Source: Podarcis melisellensis (lineage: Eukaryota). Taken from it: a stretch of 64,000 nucleotides of DNA. The stretch lies in the NCBI GenBank assembly GCA_964234715.1, contig OZ174275.1. One strand, written 5' to 3'. Below are positions 62,556 to 64,000 of this stretch, piece after piece; the stretch's first letter is position 1; every line of letters starts with the position of its first letter. Made by a program: the position numbers and the translations under genes. Below the pieces are notes generated by a model that saw nothing but the letters and a program-made list of their open reading frames with translations, searched no databases and was not told the origin of the DNA.

Positions 62556-64000
62556 GTTTAAAAATTAATTCACCTATATGAAAAACATAACACGTTCTGA
62601 TCTCATAAAACCCATAATTTAAAGTCTTCAGAATGATTCGGTTATTTGAATCACTTGGAGGATAAAAAGCATATCTAACCGGTAGCTATGCAAGCCACAA
62701 TGTGAACAGGCTTTTGCCCAACTTCCTTCCGCTTTAGTAGGCTGAAGGAATACAAGCAGCAACCCAGCGCTGACGTTTTGTGTCTGTGCTGTGGCTTCAT
62801 GCCACTCAGGTTCTATGGCGGCATGATGGCAGCTTCCATGCACAGCTTGAGATCTTTCCTTTAGGTCTCTCATTTCTTTGAACTGATATCTTTGGCACAC
62901 CTGCGATATCCGGAACCAACCCCACTCCCATGTCTGTGGGTGGCCTTGTTCTGGTGCTCTAGTAGTTGGAAAAGGGCCAGCCACTTTACTATTACAAGGA
63001 TTGATAATTTTTCTAATGAGAATTATTCCTTTCAACATGCATTATTTTACCAGTAAGCAGCTTGCCAGGGATACTGGGAGTAAGCTATTCCTATAATTCT
63101 CAAAGTGTTAGATAAACCTCCTAAAGAAGGCAAGGCAAATTGTATAGATGTCCTTATCTGAGGAAGTTGGTTAGATTTATTCTGATAAAAAGTGAAAATG
63201 ATACTTACAACTACTTTAGGAGTTATCAGAAGGAATACATTGTGAAGCAGTTTCTTATTGCCCCGTACATCCCATAACCGCACAGCGCTATTCACTACTT
63301 TATTGCTCCATTGATATACACCAAGGCTGTAAGGAAGGCAGACTGAATTAACTCGACTGGCAAGCAGGATCAATTCTTAATATGATGAACAGGCTGACAT
63401 CAGCAAATGTTAAATGCATTTCAAAAAAAATAATATTAAACATGATAACTGTGAAGCTCATGGCAGCTGGCTATGAAAGAGGACATGGAAGAAAAATCAG
63501 CCAAGGAAACAAACCCACTGAGTCACAAGGTATTAAAATGTTGACAAAAGAATTATTTCGCAACTAAGTCACATCACTTCCTTCAACAAAACTACACAGA
63601 TTCATAAAGTCCAACATAGATTTCAATATATACCTTTCATTAAAGGGTGGCAATCCATTTTGAGATGGGGCAGTCAAAGGATTTCCATCATCATCACGAT
63701 AAAATGCAAACAGCCCAGCAGAAAAACCCTTTAAGGCAATGCAAAGTCATTTATATTATTTATCAACAACATAAGAAAGCATGTTTTGCCTAGAAGTTAA
63801 CAAACCTCAAAACTACAAAAAAAGTCGTCTGAAAGTAAAATAAACATACAGTGTAGGCTAAGTTCACATCTATGTCTTTTAGAAGAGAAACAAAATCAAA
63901 TAATTTTTTGCATGGTGCACCACAAAGATGTTGCTAGTATTTTAAATGAATGCAACAAATAACATATCTTACCAGTGCATGAATGATTTCATGTTTCACA
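57651..64000 (-). CDS. LMLN: Leishmanolysin-like peptidase (invadolysin, M8 metzincin), last 11 coding exons; 5' part lies beyond the right edge
   Basis: In-frame GT-AG exons give [12 protein letters not shown] (HEXXH) ... [28 protein letters not shown] (third His and Met-turn) ... a Cys-rich C-terminus and a hydrophobic tail. Confidence 0.96.
57921..58134 (-). CDS. LMLN: LMLN exon ([13 protein letters not shown]...[12 protein letters not shown]...LTSI)
   Basis: cttag|GTT ... G|gtaagc; 214 nt. Confidence 0.95.
58411..58491. repeat. Tandem duplication, 41-bp period, two copies, one mismatch (LMLN intron)
   Basis: TGGTCTAATACAATTAGATACAAAT[G/A]TAGAAACATGTAAT x2. Confidence 0.9.
58572..58702 (-). 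CDS. LMLN: LMLN exon ([17 protein letters not shown]...DWGSGCYQ)
   Basis: tttag|AT ... CAG|gtaact; 131 nt. Confidence 0.95.
58932..59091 (-). CDS. LMLN: LMLN exon ([28 protein letters not shown]...ILENQP)
   Basis: tgcag|TAT ... G|gtcagt; 160 nt. Confidence 0.95.
59641..59773 (-). CDS. LMLN: LMLN exon ([35 protein letters not shown]...QEYQ)
   Basis: cacag|G ... CAG|gtataa; 133 nt. Confidence 0.94.
59929..60039 (-). CDS. LMLN: LMLN exon ([32 protein letters not shown]...)
   Basis: tacag|C ... AG|gtaaga; 111 nt, frame-symmetric. Confidence 0.94.
60801..60877 (-). CDS. LMLN: LMLN exon ([26 protein letters not shown])
   Basis: ttcag|AAT ... GG|gtaagg; 77 nt. Confidence 0.95.
61814..61921 (-). 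CDS. LMLN: LMLN exon ([36 protein letters not shown])
   Basis: tgaag|GAG ... GAG|gtcagt; 108 nt. Confidence 0.93.
62508..62554. repeat. (AAT)n microsatellite
   Basis: Direct reading. Confidence 0.95.
63209..63326 (-). CDS. LMLN: LMLN exon ([11 protein letters not shown]...LITPKVV)
   Basis: tacag|C ... GTT|gtaagt; 118 nt. Confidence 0.93.
63634..63728 (-). CDS. LMLN: LMLN exon ([19 protein letters not shown]...LPPFNE)
   Basis: taaag|GGT ... AG|gtatat; 95 nt. Confidence 0.92.
63973..64000 (-). CDS. LMLN: LMLN exon (partial) with the HEXXH zinc motif VKHEIIHAL
   Basis: CTG|gtaaga donor at 63972. Confidence 0.9.

Noticed and set aside
1-64000. Prokaryotic features (CRISPR arrays, operons) and U12-type introns
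   Set aside because: The sequence is vertebrate, there are no repeat-spacer arrays, and all introns found are GT-AG without the GTATCCTT U12 donor.

Overview
Squamate genomic DNA, probably from a lacertid lizard (inferred from the Sauria SINE, BovB and tRNA-Lys/CR1-tail SINE content). It holds three spliced protein-coding genes that the ORF track mostly misses. (1) OSBPL11 on the - strand: coding exons 1-7 (31124 down to 863), continuing off the left edge, with a CpG-island promoter near 31.9 kb. (2) A complete 8-exon, 349-aa cytosolic NAD-dependent glycerol-3-phosphate dehydrogenase on the + strand (38384-51047). It lies head-to-head with OSBPL11 and is most likely the third vertebrate paralogue (GPD1L2-type) rather than GPD1 or GPD1L. 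(3) The 3' part of LMLN (invadolysin) on the - strand (64000 down to 57651), with intact HEXXH, third His, Met-turn and GPI-type tail. Introns and spacers contain L2, CR1 and BovB LINE fragments, SINEs, several Tc1/mariner and hAT MITEs with clean TIRs/TSDs, and two solo-LTR-like elements. The most unusual object is a ~765-bp CpG-rich LTR-like element in OSBPL11 intron 1 (17560-18324). Its - strand RNA folds by eye into a four-way junction with UUCG and GNRA tetraloops plus an ENE-like U5/U6 internal-loop arm. A 19-bp long-range stem places this domain next to the element's AATAAA, suggesting a poly(A)-sequestering triple-helix stability module. The same element carries an Oct-Sox composite site. 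All calls were made by eye, with no searches run.
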